Source: a virus. Taken from it: a stretch of DNA of 48,307 nucleotides. Where the stretch lies: positions 1 through 48,307 of the IMG/VR virus record IMGVR_UViG_3300009506_000099; one strand, 5' to 3'. The translations under genes and the position numbers were made by a program. Below the pieces are notes generated by a model. That model searched no databases, was not told the origin of the DNA, and saw nothing but the letters and a program-made list of their open reading frames with translations. This document shows positions 36,136 through 43,740 of the stretch, piece after piece (the first letter of the stretch is position 1; the number at the start of each line of letters is the position of its first letter).

Positions 36136-36764
36136 TCTATTTTCTCCACTACTTCATACCCGAGGCTTCTGATCTCCTCACCGTATATCCTAGCCATATA
36201 GTTCAACCCATTCTGTTTGAAGCAAGCGAGGGGTTCATCCCTTCTCTTATAAGGGTGACGACCTTTGTGGGGGAAGCGAGGTATGTCTTCCTTCTTATAT
36301 CCATAAGATAGGAGAACATCTCTCATTTCTTCTTCTAGATTCTCTAGCTTTACTATAGAGTCGAGACAGCCTGGGAGAGGATCATAGAGGAAGCGGAAGA
36401 TTCTGCCGATAGCTGAGTACGGATACCATTGTGGACTCTTACTGAAGATCTCCATGATACAGCGACCATCTATCCCGTCCCAATAGGCTTCCTGTAGTCT
36501 CTTCCCTGACCACCAGGTTACCACAAGATCGTAAGGATTCCTTACTGTACAGAACCAAGAGAACTCATCCTTCTCCTTAAGCGAGAGACAGTTCCACTTT
36601 GAAATCCAAGGCCCCATTAGGTTGGAGCATAAGTTATTAGGCCCATCATGGTGTCCGCCTACTGGCTTGAAGCCTAGATTTTCTGTGAGGATAGAGGAGA
36701 CTGTCTGTGTACCTGTCTTAGGATGAGCGAGGAAGCCCACCTTTCTTTGGAAGTCAATGTACAT
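36114..36764 (-). CDS. PAPS-dependent sulfotransferase-like protein
   Basis: HPKTGTQT resembles the 5'-PSB loop PKSGTT. TVRNPYDLVVTWW resembles the 3'-PB motif RNPKDxxVS. A conserved GGHH is a possible catalytic His. Confidence 0.6.
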   Translation of the reverse strand: MYIDFQRKVGFLAHPKTGTQTVSSILTENLGFKPVGGHHDGPNNLCSNLMGPWISKWNCLSLKEKDEFSWFCTVRNPYDLVVTWWSGKRLQEAYWDGIDGRCIMEIFSKSPQWYPYSAIGRIFRFLYDPLPGCLDSIVKLENLEEEMRDVLLSYGYKKEDIPRFPHKGRHPYKRRDEPLACFKQNGLNYMARIYGEEIRSLGYEVVEKIECTSTEE

Positions 36765-37012
36765 TACTTATTCCTTACCTTCCTGATGATGGGCCAAGCT
36801 ACCCAATGGAAGATGAGCCAGCATAGGACAAGTACGATCCCTGTGCCAAAGGTCTCTGGGTTACCCCAACTCTGATCGATAACTACTTGAGATAGAGGAT
36901 CAAGGTAGTTCTTTCCTATAATCTTCTCATCAAGGAGAGAAAAGAACTCAGCAGATAGCACGGCGACAAAAGCACCGAACCAGAACTTACGACTAAAGAG
37001 AGAAGGTTTCAT
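36764..37012 (-). CDS. Small membrane protein (82 aa)
   Basis: Two hydrophobic helices, FWFGAFVAVLSAEFF and GIVLVLCWLIFHWVAWPII. Confidence 0.5.
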   Translation of the reverse strand: MKPSLFSRKFWFGAFVAVLSAEFFSLLDEKIIGKNYLDPLSQVVIDQSWGNPETFGTGIVLVLCWLIFHWVAWPIIRKVRNK

Positions 37013-37437
37013 CCTTTACCTCCCAGGATGGCGCGAGCCTTGTTTTGTACCGACTGTGTGACCTTCCAGATGTTTGGTGATGCGGTCTTTCCGGTAGACC
37101 ATAGTCCCAGCACCCCAAGCAGTTCGGCAATCAGATCCTCCATCGCCTCCCGCTCCCGGCTCGGTGGGGTGAGGATAGTAACCTGAATCCATTCCTCTGT
37201 ATCGTCTGGTTCGAGAGTCATCCCCACGATCCAGTTAGGGTGCGCCATCAGGGTGTTCAGCCAATGTGAGGGCACCCATACCTCCATCCCCACCGGTTCC
37301 CCCTCGGGCTGGAGGAGGGTGTCAGCGATCCGTCTCATCCTGGCCGCGTTCACACACTCATAACCCACCTGTTCATCTATACCATCGGCCCAATTGCGAA
37401 GAAATTCAGCGTCTTCCACCCGCTCTCTCTCACTCAT
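37009..37437 (-). CDS. Hypothetical protein (142 aa), GC-rich island
   Basis: Long ORF. Its stop overlaps the start of the membrane-protein gene. Confidence 0.55.
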   Translation of the reverse strand: MSERERVEDAEFLRNWADGIDEQVGYECVNAARMRRIADTLLQPEGEPVGMEVWVPSHWLNTLMAHPNWIVGMTLEPDDTEEWIQVTILTPPSREREAMEDLIAELLGVLGLWSTGKTASPNIWKVTQSVQNKARAILGGKG

Positions 37438-37633
37438 CGCTCTCGCGCTCCACGATACGGTCCATCACTACATGGACGGTCTCGTTCAAAAGGTATTCCT
37501 CCCCGGCGACCACGATAACCGACCCCGCCTTCCTTGGGTCCGCTTCTACTACCGCATCTACCTTGCTGATGGGGAAGTAGATGGCTCTGGTGGTGCCTTC
37601 TATCGACAGTTGCACCCACCCCTTTCTACTCAT
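37430..37633 (-). CDS. Hypothetical protein (67 aa), GC-rich island
   Basis: Its ATG overlaps the stop of the upstream 59-aa ORF (ATGAGTAG). Confidence 0.5.
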   Translation of the reverse strand: MSRKGWVQLSIEGTTRAIYFPISKVDAVVEADPRKAGSVIVVAGEEYLLNETVHVVMDRIVERESDE

Positions 37634-37805
37634 CGCTCTCCTCCAGGGCTTGGATGGCGATCAATTGGGATTGAACTGACCAGAACAGTTCCAACGCCTC
37701 CCGCAGCTTCGCGTTCTCCTCCCGCAGCCAGTCGATCTCGGCTAGGAGGGTGGCGATGTCTGAGTCCCATGACCGCCGCTCCCGAATCTCTTCGATGTCA
37801 CTCAT
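37626..37805 (-). CDS. Small coiled-coil protein (59 aa), absent from the ORF track
   Basis: MSDIEEIRERRSWDSDIATLLAEIDWLREENAKLREALE... Both ends have ATGA-type overlaps. Confidence 0.45.
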   Translation of the reverse strand: MSDIEEIRERRSWDSDIATLLAEIDWLREENAKLREALELFWSVQSQLIAIQALEESDE

Positions 37806-38103
37806 CCTGTACCTCCAGGATCTGTTGCAGGGCGGCGGCGATTTGGTACAATTCCTTTGCCCCCTGGGGGAACTTGCTGGCCCGGATAGAATCGGCTCTT
37901 CTTCTTAGTGCCTTCACCATCCAAGGCTCAATCGGCCCGACGCCTTCGTCTGTGAAGGGGAGAATGGCGACCTTGGTTCGACCGATTATGTCATCCGGGT
38001 TCGCCCTCCAGGGGAGATAGCCATTCAGGGACACTCGCCCAGACACAGGATTGCCGAAGTCCATCGCCACTACGGCCCCCTTCATTACCTTCGGCTCACT
38101 CAT
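37798..38103 (-). CDS. Hypothetical protein (101 aa), GC-rich island
   Basis: The track ORF extends to 38355. An internal ATG at 38103 forms an ATGA overlap with the stop of the 81-aa ORF, which fits the coupling pattern of this island. Confidence 0.5.
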   Translation of the reverse strand: MSEPKVMKGAVVAMDFGNPVSGRVSLNGYLPWRANPDDIIGRTKVAILPFTDEGVGPIEPWMVKALRRRADSIRASKFPQGAKELYQIAAALQQILEVQDE

Positions 38104-38345
38104 CTCGCCCTCCAAAGAAGTAATTGCGTCAGTACCGGCGTCGCCAAATCCATCCAGCCATCGGTAGGCCAGCGGTCGGGAGGATTCCCCCGGTGGTCCG
38201 CATACCGCTCCCGGTAGTACCACATCGGGAGGAGCCCCCAGCCGGCCCAGGGGTCCACATGGAAGGCTCCCCACTGTATGGCACCATGGACGGTCCAGGT
38301 CAGCGGATGCCAGATGTACTTCGGGAGCCAACGGGGGCGATTCAT
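38100..38345 (-). CDS. Trp-rich hypothetical protein (81 aa)
   Basis: Trp-rich (about 12 Trp in 81 residues). ATGA-coupled to the downstream gene. Confidence 0.45.
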   Translation of the reverse strand: MNRPRWLPKYIWHPLTWTVHGAIQWGAFHVDPWAGWGLLPMWYYRERYADHRGNPPDRWPTDGWMDLATPVLTQLLLWRAR

Positions 38346-38351
38346 CTCTCC

Positions 38352-38573
38352 TCACTTTTCCTCCGGAAGTGGGAGATCCGCGAGATCAATGACGGCTCTG
38401 CTTAGTTCATCCTCGAAGACCGCACCGACTTCGTGTTCCTCGTCTATGATCTCATAGAGTTTATCGAAGGCTGTTCGTGCCAGGAAATCATACAGGTTGT
38501 AGACATCTCCTCTCTTCCTAGCTTCTTCCTTCAGTGCCTCGGAGATCTTATCCATCATCTCTCGATCTTTCAT
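38352..38573 (-). CDS. Hypothetical acidic protein (73 aa)
   Basis: The track start is 38597. Met9 at 38573 makes an ATGA overlap with the upstream stop. Confidence 0.5.
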   Translation of the reverse strand: MKDREMMDKISEALKEEARKRGDVYNLYDFLARTAFDKLYEIIDEEHEVGAVFEDELSRAVIDLADLPLPEEK

Positions 38574-38788
38574 CGTTGACCTCCTCTCCTCTTCCACTCC
38601 TCATCACAGTAGACACACCTATCGTTGTTCCGAAAGACCTCATCCAGATCACACACCTCCCCACAGTGATAGCACTCATCGAACTGCGGCTCACAGTCCT
38701 CCCAGGCCCACCGCTCTTGAGTAGTCTTACCTCCATGAGGATTGGCATCGAGGTATAGTTTATCTGTCATTTTCAGTCTCCTTATCAC
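38570..38788 (-). CDS. Zinc-ribbon small protein (72 aa)
   Basis: CYHCGEVC...CVYC, that is two CxxC pairs. Confidence 0.5.
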   Translation of the reverse strand: MIRRLKMTDKLYLDANPHGGKTTQERWAWEDCEPQFDECYHCGEVCDLDEVFRNNDRCVYCDEEWKRRGGQR

Positions 38789-38953
38789 ATACGTAGGTGA
38801 GTATTAACTTATCATCACTCGGCGTAGTGTAGGTGCCTACTGTCTTACAGTTGATAGGGATAGGGTAAGACCTTCCCTTCAAGGATATCATTCCTAGCGC
38901 TACTTATCATAGCTATGATGATCGCAGTGAAGATCATCGAGAATATGATGATG

Positions 38954-39337
38954 TCACCGTTCTTCTCCATCTTCATCCTCCTTAAGGATGCCCGAGTACT
39001 GCTCCCTGAGCCTCTTCCACCTATAGATCATAACATCACAGATCTCGAGCCACTCAACAGGAGTGAACTCTGGGTTATCGAAGTCTATATCTTGAGTCTT
39101 CTCGATGGCTATGGTATCGGGAAGATCTCCATCATATCCATACCCTGTGTTGAGATCAGCATTGATAGAGATGTGTCCTCCATAGGCATAGAATGCTCGA
39201 CCTGTATCCAGAAGATGATAGTACCTTCCAAATCCAGAAGGACGAAACTCGTTGGGGTCTCCAGCATCATTGAGGGCCTTCATCATATCATCCATCTTCA
39301 TACTCCTCTTCATCGAAAAGGTAGGATGGGAGAGCAC
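38954..39337 (-). CDS. Hypothetical protein (127 aa, or 113 aa from Met15 at 39295)
   Basis: A GAGGAG SD lies 7 nt before the ATG at 39295, which would reduce the overlap with the upstream gene to 8 nt. Confidence 0.5.
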   Translation of the reverse strand: MLSHPTFSMKRSMKMDDMMKALNDAGDPNEFRPSGFGRYYHLLDTGRAFYAYGGHISINADLNTGYGYDGDLPDTIAIEKTQDIDFDNPEFTPVEWLEICDVMIYRWKRLREQYSGILKEDEDGEER

Positions 39338-39737
39338 TCAGATAAATAGGGAACTCCTCTCCTGGATGACAGGAGCAGGTCAGATATTTCCCCGTGAAAC
39401 AAGGGTCCTTATGCTCTCTCATGAATTGAGCTAGATAATAATGACCTCGCTTGATTGAGAAGGATATGATACCCTCTTCATAATCAAGGAGGGGAGCTAT
39501 GATATCTCTTGGGTCTATGGGTGGAGTGAAGCGATAGAGATCAGAGAGTACCTGCTTAGGATCAAGACCTATATTAGATGATCGGGCGAGGTACTCAAAG
39601 ATAGAGGGAGAGACCTTGAATGTTACCTTCTCGAATCCTCCATAGACCCTCCTCTCCTGGAGGGAAGGATAGGTCTCTACCCTTCCCGTACCAGGGAGGA
39701 AGAATGAGAAAGGGCGGGATGAGTTTATTCGTCCCAC
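39288..39737 (-). CDS. Hypothetical protein (149 aa)
   Basis: Long ORF in the early arm. It contains the degenerate parS-like site at 39386. Confidence 0.5.
   Translation of the reverse strand: MGRINSSRPFSFFLPGTGRVETYPSLQERRVYGGFEKVTFKVSPSIFEYLARSSNIGLDPKQVLSDLYRFTPPIDPRDIIAPLLDYEEGIISFSIKRGHYYLAQFMREHKDPCFTGKYLTCSCHPGEEFPIYLSALPSYLFDEEEYEDG
39386..39400. promoter_or_regulatory. Degenerate parS-like site ATTTCCC-C-GTGAAAC
   Basis: The right half is perfect. The left half resembles a Noc-type ATTTCCC half-site. It lies inside a CDS. Confidence 0.35.
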
Positions 39738-39943
39738 TCTACCGTGACCCTGATGTTCGAGGGTACTCGACCTCGGAGGAGAGGGATCTTACCCAGATAT
39801 ACGGCCCGGAAGGGAGGATCTTTCTCCCCTGCCACTGAGTCATAGCGGATCGAGTACTTCTTCTCGCTGTTCAGTTTCATGTCTTGCTTGACCTCTGGCA
39901 TCTTTCGATCTCCGTCTAATTGATGATTGAGTTGACTACACAC
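39725..39943 (-). CDS. Hypothetical protein (72 aa)
   Basis: ORF overlaps the downstream gene by 13 nt. Confidence 0.4.
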   Translation of the reverse strand: MCSQLNHQLDGDRKMPEVKQDMKLNSEKKYSIRYDSVAGEKDPPFRAVYLGKIPLLRGRVPSNIRVTVEWDE

Positions 39944-39979
39944 ATCATGGTTAAGATGAATAGAAGGGTGAGGATGAAC

Positions 39980-40210
39980 CTAATAAGGTCTCTCATTGTA
40001 AGATTGCCTCACCTTAGAATGGTGGATGAGGAAGACTATAGTCCTCTCTCCTCTACCTGGGATGTTGTGAGAGAAGGGGACATAATCTATCGAGCCTGCA
40101 TTCTCCGATAGTTGAAAGGTTCGATTGCACTCGGTACATGAGACTACCTGCCCGAGTGCATTGAACTCCTCAACTTGGAGATAGTGGTGCTTACACCTTG
40201 CCAATCTCAC
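39980..40210 (-). CDS. Cys-containing small protein (76 aa), possible zinc ribbon
   Basis: CKHH...CTEC pattern. Confidence 0.4.
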   Translation of the reverse strand: MRLARCKHHYLQVEEFNALGQVVSCTECNRTFQLSENAGSIDYVPFSHNIPGRGERTIVFLIHHSKVRQSYNERPY

Positions 40211-40219
40211 TCTTCCTTT

Positions 40220-40588
40220 CTATCTCTTACAGATCTTTCCTAGCTTAAATGAATCAAGGAAAGAATCAAAGTCCTCGACTGTGCAGAGACGTTGGAGTTC
40301 ACAGATATGTGCCTTCGCCAGTTGTTTCTCCTTCTCAACGAGTCTAGCCTTCTCCTTCCTGGCTTGGTGAAGGAGTTGCCAATCGAGATTTATTATCCTA
40401 TCGACTAGGACCTCGAGGCTTATCCCCTCCTTGATTAAGGAAAGGCCAATCTCTATAGCGGAGTCATTGACCTTTATCCCTATGTCCTCGCGAACGAGGC
40501 AGATCTCCTGCCTGACAGGCTGTCCGAGAGCCGCACTACGTTTCTTGATGTAGGCAGAGAGGACAGTTTCCATCTCTTCAATCTTCAC
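40220..40588 (-). CDS. Hypothetical protein (122 aa)
   Basis: ORF in the early arm with helical composition. Confidence 0.5.
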   Translation of the reverse strand: MKIEEMETVLSAYIKKRSAALGQPVRQEICLVREDIGIKVNDSAIEIGLSLIKEGISLEVLVDRIINLDWQLLHQARKEKARLVEKEKQLAKAHICELQRLCTVEDFDSFLDSFKLGKICKR

Positions 40589-40611
40589 CTTTCCACCTTC
40601 CTATTTCAGTC

Positions 40612-41094
40612 TCAGTTCTGGTTGAACACTTGACTCCAATCGAACTTATCTTCACCCTCCATCAGATCAAGCTGTGCTTCCTTCTCCTTTCTCTCCTCGA
40701 GCTGTGCCTTGAGTTCTTCATATACCGAGTCGAAGATTTCCTTCGTCCCTCTCGATATGTGATCCCACTCAATCCTCTTTGCCTCGGGGATAGGCAGTCG
40801 AATGATGTCAGCGAGCATCATGACCTTGTTGAGTGCATCCCTTATATTGTTCGAGGCATCAATACAGAAGGTATGAATGGCAACCTTCGAGTCGAGGGAG
40901 GCGAAGGTAGAGTCAGTGTACTCTCTGCACTTCTCTCCTAGTATTTCATCGAGTCCAACAAGGAAGCTGACCTGTTCCTCGAAAGCCTTCTGATAATCCA
41001 TCTTCATTGTTCCTTCTCCTTTTGTGAAGAGAGGAAGGATGTACTCAGTTAGGGCATGAGGCAGGATAGAGGCCTCGGGTAGATCTGAGTACAT
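40612..41094 (-). CDS. Hypothetical protein (160 aa)
   Basis: Strong SD GGAGGAGG immediately upstream of the ATG. Confidence 0.55.
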   Translation of the reverse strand: MYSDLPEASILPHALTEYILPLFTKGEGTMKMDYQKAFEEQVSFLVGLDEILGEKCREYTDSTFASLDSKVAIHTFCIDASNNIRDALNKVMMLADIIRLPIPEAKRIEWDHISRGTKEIFDSVYEELKAQLEERKEKEAQLDLMEGEDKFDWSQVFNQN

Positions 41095-41110
41095 CCTCCT
41101 CCTTCATGTT

Positions 41111-41275
41111 TCAGTCTCGTTCTTCCTTCGGGGGATCAAGGGCGACAGCGAGTTCGAGTGCTGTCTTGAAGTCTGGGCAGATCACTAGGCCAGAGTCTAC
41201 TACCTCTGTCCTGTCTGCCTTGTCGAGGGAAAGGCGGATCGTGACCCGCTTATCCCTGCCTGATGGGTGTTTCAC
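41111..41275 (-). CDS. Small RHH-like protein (54 aa), absent from the ORF track
   Basis: GTG start overlapping the upstream TGA (GTGA), with an AGGAGAGG SD. KRVTIRLSLDKADRTEV looks like an RHH strand-helix. Confidence 0.4.
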   Translation of the reverse strand: MKHPSGRDKRVTIRLSLDKADRTEVVDSGLVICPDFKTALELAVALDPPKEERD

Positions 41276-41613
41276 TTTTCTTCCTCTCCTTTATACATCG
41301 GGGTTAGTGGGAAGTTGTCAATCAGATACTTAATCCCATCATCTCCGAAGATAGTGTAACGAGGATACCTATCCCATGTGATGAGGATGAGTCCATCTAC
41401 GTAGGAATCGGCTGGCCGGAGGAGGGCAACTTCAGTACCAAGATCATTGTAGATAGTGAGAAGATCGTAGACCTCGAGGTTATCCTCGAGGCCCATATCT
41501 TCTTGGTAAACTCCCCAATACTGAAGGAGTTCCTTGGTAGCTAGCTGAACCCAAGGAGGCCAGTCTCTTGGGTGGGTGTACTTGTTATGAGAATGTGGTT
41601 GATCAGGAGTCAC
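41272..41613 (-). CDS. Hypothetical protein (113 aa)
   Basis: ATGA-type overlap with the upstream gene. Confidence 0.5.
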   Translation of the reverse strand: MTPDQPHSHNKYTHPRDWPPWVQLATKELLQYWGVYQEDMGLEDNLEVYDLLTIYNDLGTEVALLRPADSYVDGLILITWDRYPRYTIFGDDGIKYLIDNFPLTPMYKGEEEK

Positions 41614-41813
41614 TTGATGCTCCTAACTATTCCTCCCTCGACCTCAGCCTGGCCGTACCAGGTGTGGGCGGCAGGGTAGTGAGGGCCTTCGACGAACACT
41701 TTGCCGTCTTGTGGACATGGGAAGGGACCAGGTGAGAAGACTTTAACCTCTTCTCCCTGCGAGAGGGCCTCTTTCAGGGCCTTCTTCGTCTTGAAGTTTG
41801 GGCTTACATACAT
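41610..41813 (-). CDS. Hypothetical protein (67 aa)
   Basis: First ORF downstream of the promoter at 41879..41907. Confidence 0.5.
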   Translation of the reverse strand: MYVSPNFKTKKALKEALSQGEEVKVFSPGPFPCPQDGKVFVEGPHYPAAHTWYGQAEVEGGIVRSIK

Positions 41814-41878
41814 GATAGGTACCTCCTGTCTCGGTCTAAGGTGATCGGTCGGCTTGCCCTGAATCCAACCGATGATAT

Positions 41879-41907
41879 AATATAACAGAATTAATGCCGA
41901 GAGTCAA
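41879..41907 (-). promoter_or_regulatory. Sigma70-type promoter: TTGACT, 17-nt spacer, TGtTATATT
   Basis: The minus strand reads TTGACTctcggcattaattctgtTATATT. It lies just downstream of the terminator at 41941..41986. Confidence 0.7.
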
Positions 41908-41932
41908 GAGAGTGGGGGGATTGGCGCTTGGA

Positions 41933-41986
41933 TATAAGAAAGGGGGATCAGATCCAGGAAAGGTGGAAAGTGGATCTGATCCCCCT
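41933..41986 (-). terminator. Rho-independent terminator after early paralog A
   Basis: A perfect 16-bp stem (AGGGGGATCAGATCCA / TGGATCTGATCCCCCT) with a 14-nt loop, followed on the minus strand by TTCTTAT. Confidence 0.65.
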
Positions 41987-41987
41987 C

Positions 41988-42002
41988 GTTTAACCGTGAA
42001 AC
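41988..42002. promoter_or_regulatory. parS/OB-like site GTTTAAC-C-GTGAAAC
   Basis: It lies between the stop of early paralog A and its terminator hairpin. The sequence is identical to the site at 27219. Confidence 0.55.
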
Positions 42003-42022
42003 AAGTTGGTTAAACGCTTCTC

Positions 42023-42385
42023 TTACCCTTCGATGGCGAAGCCAGCCGCCTTGAGGACTTCGAGCTGCTCGGCGGTGAACTTGCCCTTCTTCTGCATCTC
42101 CTTCGTGACAGGCTTGGCTCTCCTGCCGCCTCCACCACGACCAGACTTGTACTGGTAGGTGTCGACGTAGGATTGGACCGCATCCTCACCATCATCGAGA
42201 TATCCCCGGGCTCCAGCCTGCAGGGAGACACGGAGGGCCTTGAGTGCGAGGGTGTTGATGTCCTCGTCTGGATTCGAGACGATCTCATTCCATCTCTCAT
42301 CCTCGAGGTTCTCCGGCTCGTTGAACGTGACCTCTACTGAAGGTCCGCCTCGACGGGAGACAGTGAAGGTGGCTGCTTTCGACAT
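42023..42385 (-). CDS. Early protein, paralog A (120 aa)
   Basis: It has its own promoter (42443..42471) and terminator (41941..41986). It shares ATFTV, F..PE..EDE.W, DP..D...LA, Y...YKYG and FTA.Q with 44106..44447. Confidence 0.6.
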   Translation of the reverse strand: MSKAATFTVSRRGGPSVEVTFNEPENLEDERWNEIVSNPDEDINTLALKALRVSLQAGARGYLDDGEDAVQSYVDTYQYKSGRGGGGRRAKPVTKEMQKKGKFTAEQLEVLKAAGFAIEG

Positions 42386-42442
42386 CCTTTGCTCCTTTCA
42401 ATCTGGTTGCGTGAGTGGGGCTGGTTGCCCCGATTGCATTTG

Positions 42443-42471
42443 ATAATAACAGATGCTAACCCCATTGTCAA
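42443..42471 (-). promoter_or_regulatory. Sigma70-type promoter: TTGACA, 17-nt spacer, TGtTATTAT
   Basis: The minus strand reads TTGACAatggggttagcatctgtTATTAT. It drives early paralog A. Confidence 0.7.
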
Positions 42472-43004
42472 GAGTCTTGCTTCCTTAACAGGGCATTGAA
42501 TCCTGTTGTTTCCTCCTCCTCTATACGCTCGAAGGCATAGGTTAGTTTCTCTCCTTCCTCTCGACGGGTAGAGAGGTGCATGATCCAACCGAGAGAGGAG
42601 ACTTGTTCGGAGAAAAGGGTTTCATCGAAGGAGGAGGAGGGATAGAACTCAACGGGGACGAGGTTGCCCTTGTACTCGGAGAGGAAGACGAGTACCCATG
42701 CCTCTGTATTCCGAGGGAGGGATAGAGAAGCACTCGCTTTCCCTTTAGGTTGGATAGAGATGTGAGATCCTGTAGGGGAGGAGTGGATCTTCACATTTGA
42801 TCGGATAGAAGAGTATCTCCCTTGCTCGATGTCCGAGTACATCTGAGCTGCTTTCAGAATCCTGTTAAGTGAGTAAGCGATGGATGATATCTCATCAGGT
42901 GTTGAGGGAATGATTGTATCCTTCCCTTGCTTGAGGTTAGAGAGGATATCGTCGAGGAGATCGAGGTTCTGGAGAACGAGTTGACGATTGAGTGAGTAGC
43001 CCAT
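42468..43004 (-). CDS. Hypothetical protein (178 aa)
   Basis: Long ORF in the early arm. Confidence 0.55.
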   Translation of the reverse strand: MGYSLNRQLVLQNLDLLDDILSNLKQGKDTIIPSTPDEISSIAYSLNRILKAAQMYSDIEQGRYSSIRSNVKIHSSPTGSHISIQPKGKASASLSLPRNTEAWVLVFLSEYKGNLVPVEFYPSSSFDETLFSEQVSSLGWIMHLSTRREEGEKLTYAFERIEEEETTGFNALLRKQDS

Positions 43005-43007
43005 CTC

Positions 43008-43322
43008 TTATTCTCCTTCGAGGGAGGGAGTATGAGCTACGTCTGCATCTCCTTTCGATCCTCGTTCTTTATCGAGGTTGTCTGGGTCGACTCGTTCATC
43101 TGAGTCCTTGAGGAAGAGGGAGAAATCTCCGAGGCCTCGATCCCTGTCCTCGATGAAACAGGAGGGACAGAAGATTAGATCCTCTCCACTTGCTGAGACC
43201 TCAGAGGGCGAGGCGTATACATTCCTCGGATAGGTAGTAGGGGTGGTGAACTCCCTCATCCTTTCGGTGAGGGTGGAATCCCAACTCTTACCACAACGGG
43301 TACAGATGAGTGATGGGGGCAT
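43008..43322 (-). CDS. Zinc-ribbon early protein (104 aa)
   Basis: CTRCGKSW...CPSC. It follows the promoter at 43363..43391 and an AGAGGA RBS. Confidence 0.55.
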   Translation of the reverse strand: MPPSLICTRCGKSWDSTLTERMREFTTPTTYPRNVYASPSEVSASGEDLIFCPSCFIEDRDRGLGDFSLFLKDSDERVDPDNLDKERGSKGDADVAHTPSLEGE

Positions 43323-43362
43323 GAGCTTATTCCTCTGTTAGGGGACAACAATTGACAACATT

Positions 43363-43391
43363 AATTTAATGATAGGAGGGTGAGTTGTCAA
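43363..43391 (-). promoter_or_regulatory. Sigma70-type promoter: TTGACA, 17-nt spacer, TAAATT
   Basis: The minus strand reads TTGACAactcaccctcctatcatTAAATT, about 40 nt upstream of the ATG at 43322. Confidence 0.6.
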
Positions 43392-43454
43392 GTGAGAGGA
43401 CAATAACAAACAATAACATCATTAACTATTTTCCCTGAACGCGATTTGACAAAG

Positions 43455-43493
43455 CCTCTTCTTCCTTCCTCTTCTTCCTCTCTTCTCTTCTTC
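43455..43493. repeat. 39-nt pure polypyrimidine (C/T) tract
   Basis: cctcttcttccttcctcttcttcctctcttctcttcttc contains no purines. Confidence 0.9.
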
Positions 43494-43509
43494 AAGAATT
43501 ATATATAAG

Positions 43510-43530
43510 AAAAAAAAAAAAAAAAAAAAA
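43510..43530. repeat. A21 homopolymer
   Basis: 21 consecutive A residues, preceded by aattatatataag. Confidence 0.9.
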
Positions 43531-43639
43531 CAAGTATAGAAGCCTAACTGCTTGTCCCCAACTATGATTGTCAAATCGCGTTTCGAAGTTTTAGTTAATG
43601 ATGATGTTGTTGGTTGTTGTTGAGGGGGATATATAGAAG

Positions 43640-43715
43640 GAGACCTATATTTGATTCCTCTTCTTATCAAAGGAGGGGAGGAGAACGAGACATAGAGAGA
43701 CCTATATTTGATTCC
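43640..43715. repeat. Two copies of GAGACCTATATTTGATTCC, 57 bp apart
   Basis: Exact 19-mers at 43640..43658 and 43697..43715, with similar T-rich flanks ending in GGAGG. Confidence 0.85.
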
Positions 43716-43740
43716 CTTTTTTATTGAACAAGAGAGGAGG

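Larger units (their letters stand above)
37009..38350. other. GC-rich compositional island
   Basis: Hand counts of 60-nt blocks give about 53-67% GC here, against about 35% for one counted flanking block (36301..36360). It contains five short minus-strand genes joined by ATGA/ATGAGTAG overlaps. Confidence 0.7.
43401..43622. repeat. Large imperfect inverted repeat (arms about 52 bp) enclosing a pyrimidine tract, an AT-rich block and A21: origin-like region
   Basis: ACGCGATTTGACAA (43439..43452) matches TTGTCAAATCGCGT (43568..43581). CATCATTAACTA (43417..43428) matches TAGTTAATGATG (43592..43603). The spacing between the two blocks is the same in both arms. Confidence 0.6.

Noticed and set aside
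37394-38020. 208-aa plus-strand ORF (and other long ORFs) in the GC-rich island
   Set aside because: High GC suppresses stop codons in all frames. The minus-strand set gives a coherent chain of ATGA-coupled genes, whereas this ORF is Arg/Pro/Ser-rich and antisense.
43352-43391. Divergent plus-strand promoter from the TTGACAAC / GTTGTCAA inverted pair
   Set aside because: The plus-strand TTGACA has no acceptable -10 at 16-18 nt and no plus-strand gene follows. Only the minus-strand promoter is supported.
43422-43670. 82-aa minus-strand ORF across the origin-like region
   Set aside because: It translates the A21 tract as poly-Phe and the pyrimidine tract as low-complexity sequence. It has no RBS and sits between a terminator and a promoter. 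It is most likely non-coding.
43640-43715. T7/SP6-like phage RNAP promoters (xxxTATAGG)
   Set aside because: No single-subunit or virion RNA polymerase motifs were found in any ORF, including the 1473-aa protein. The resemblance is limited to a few bases.
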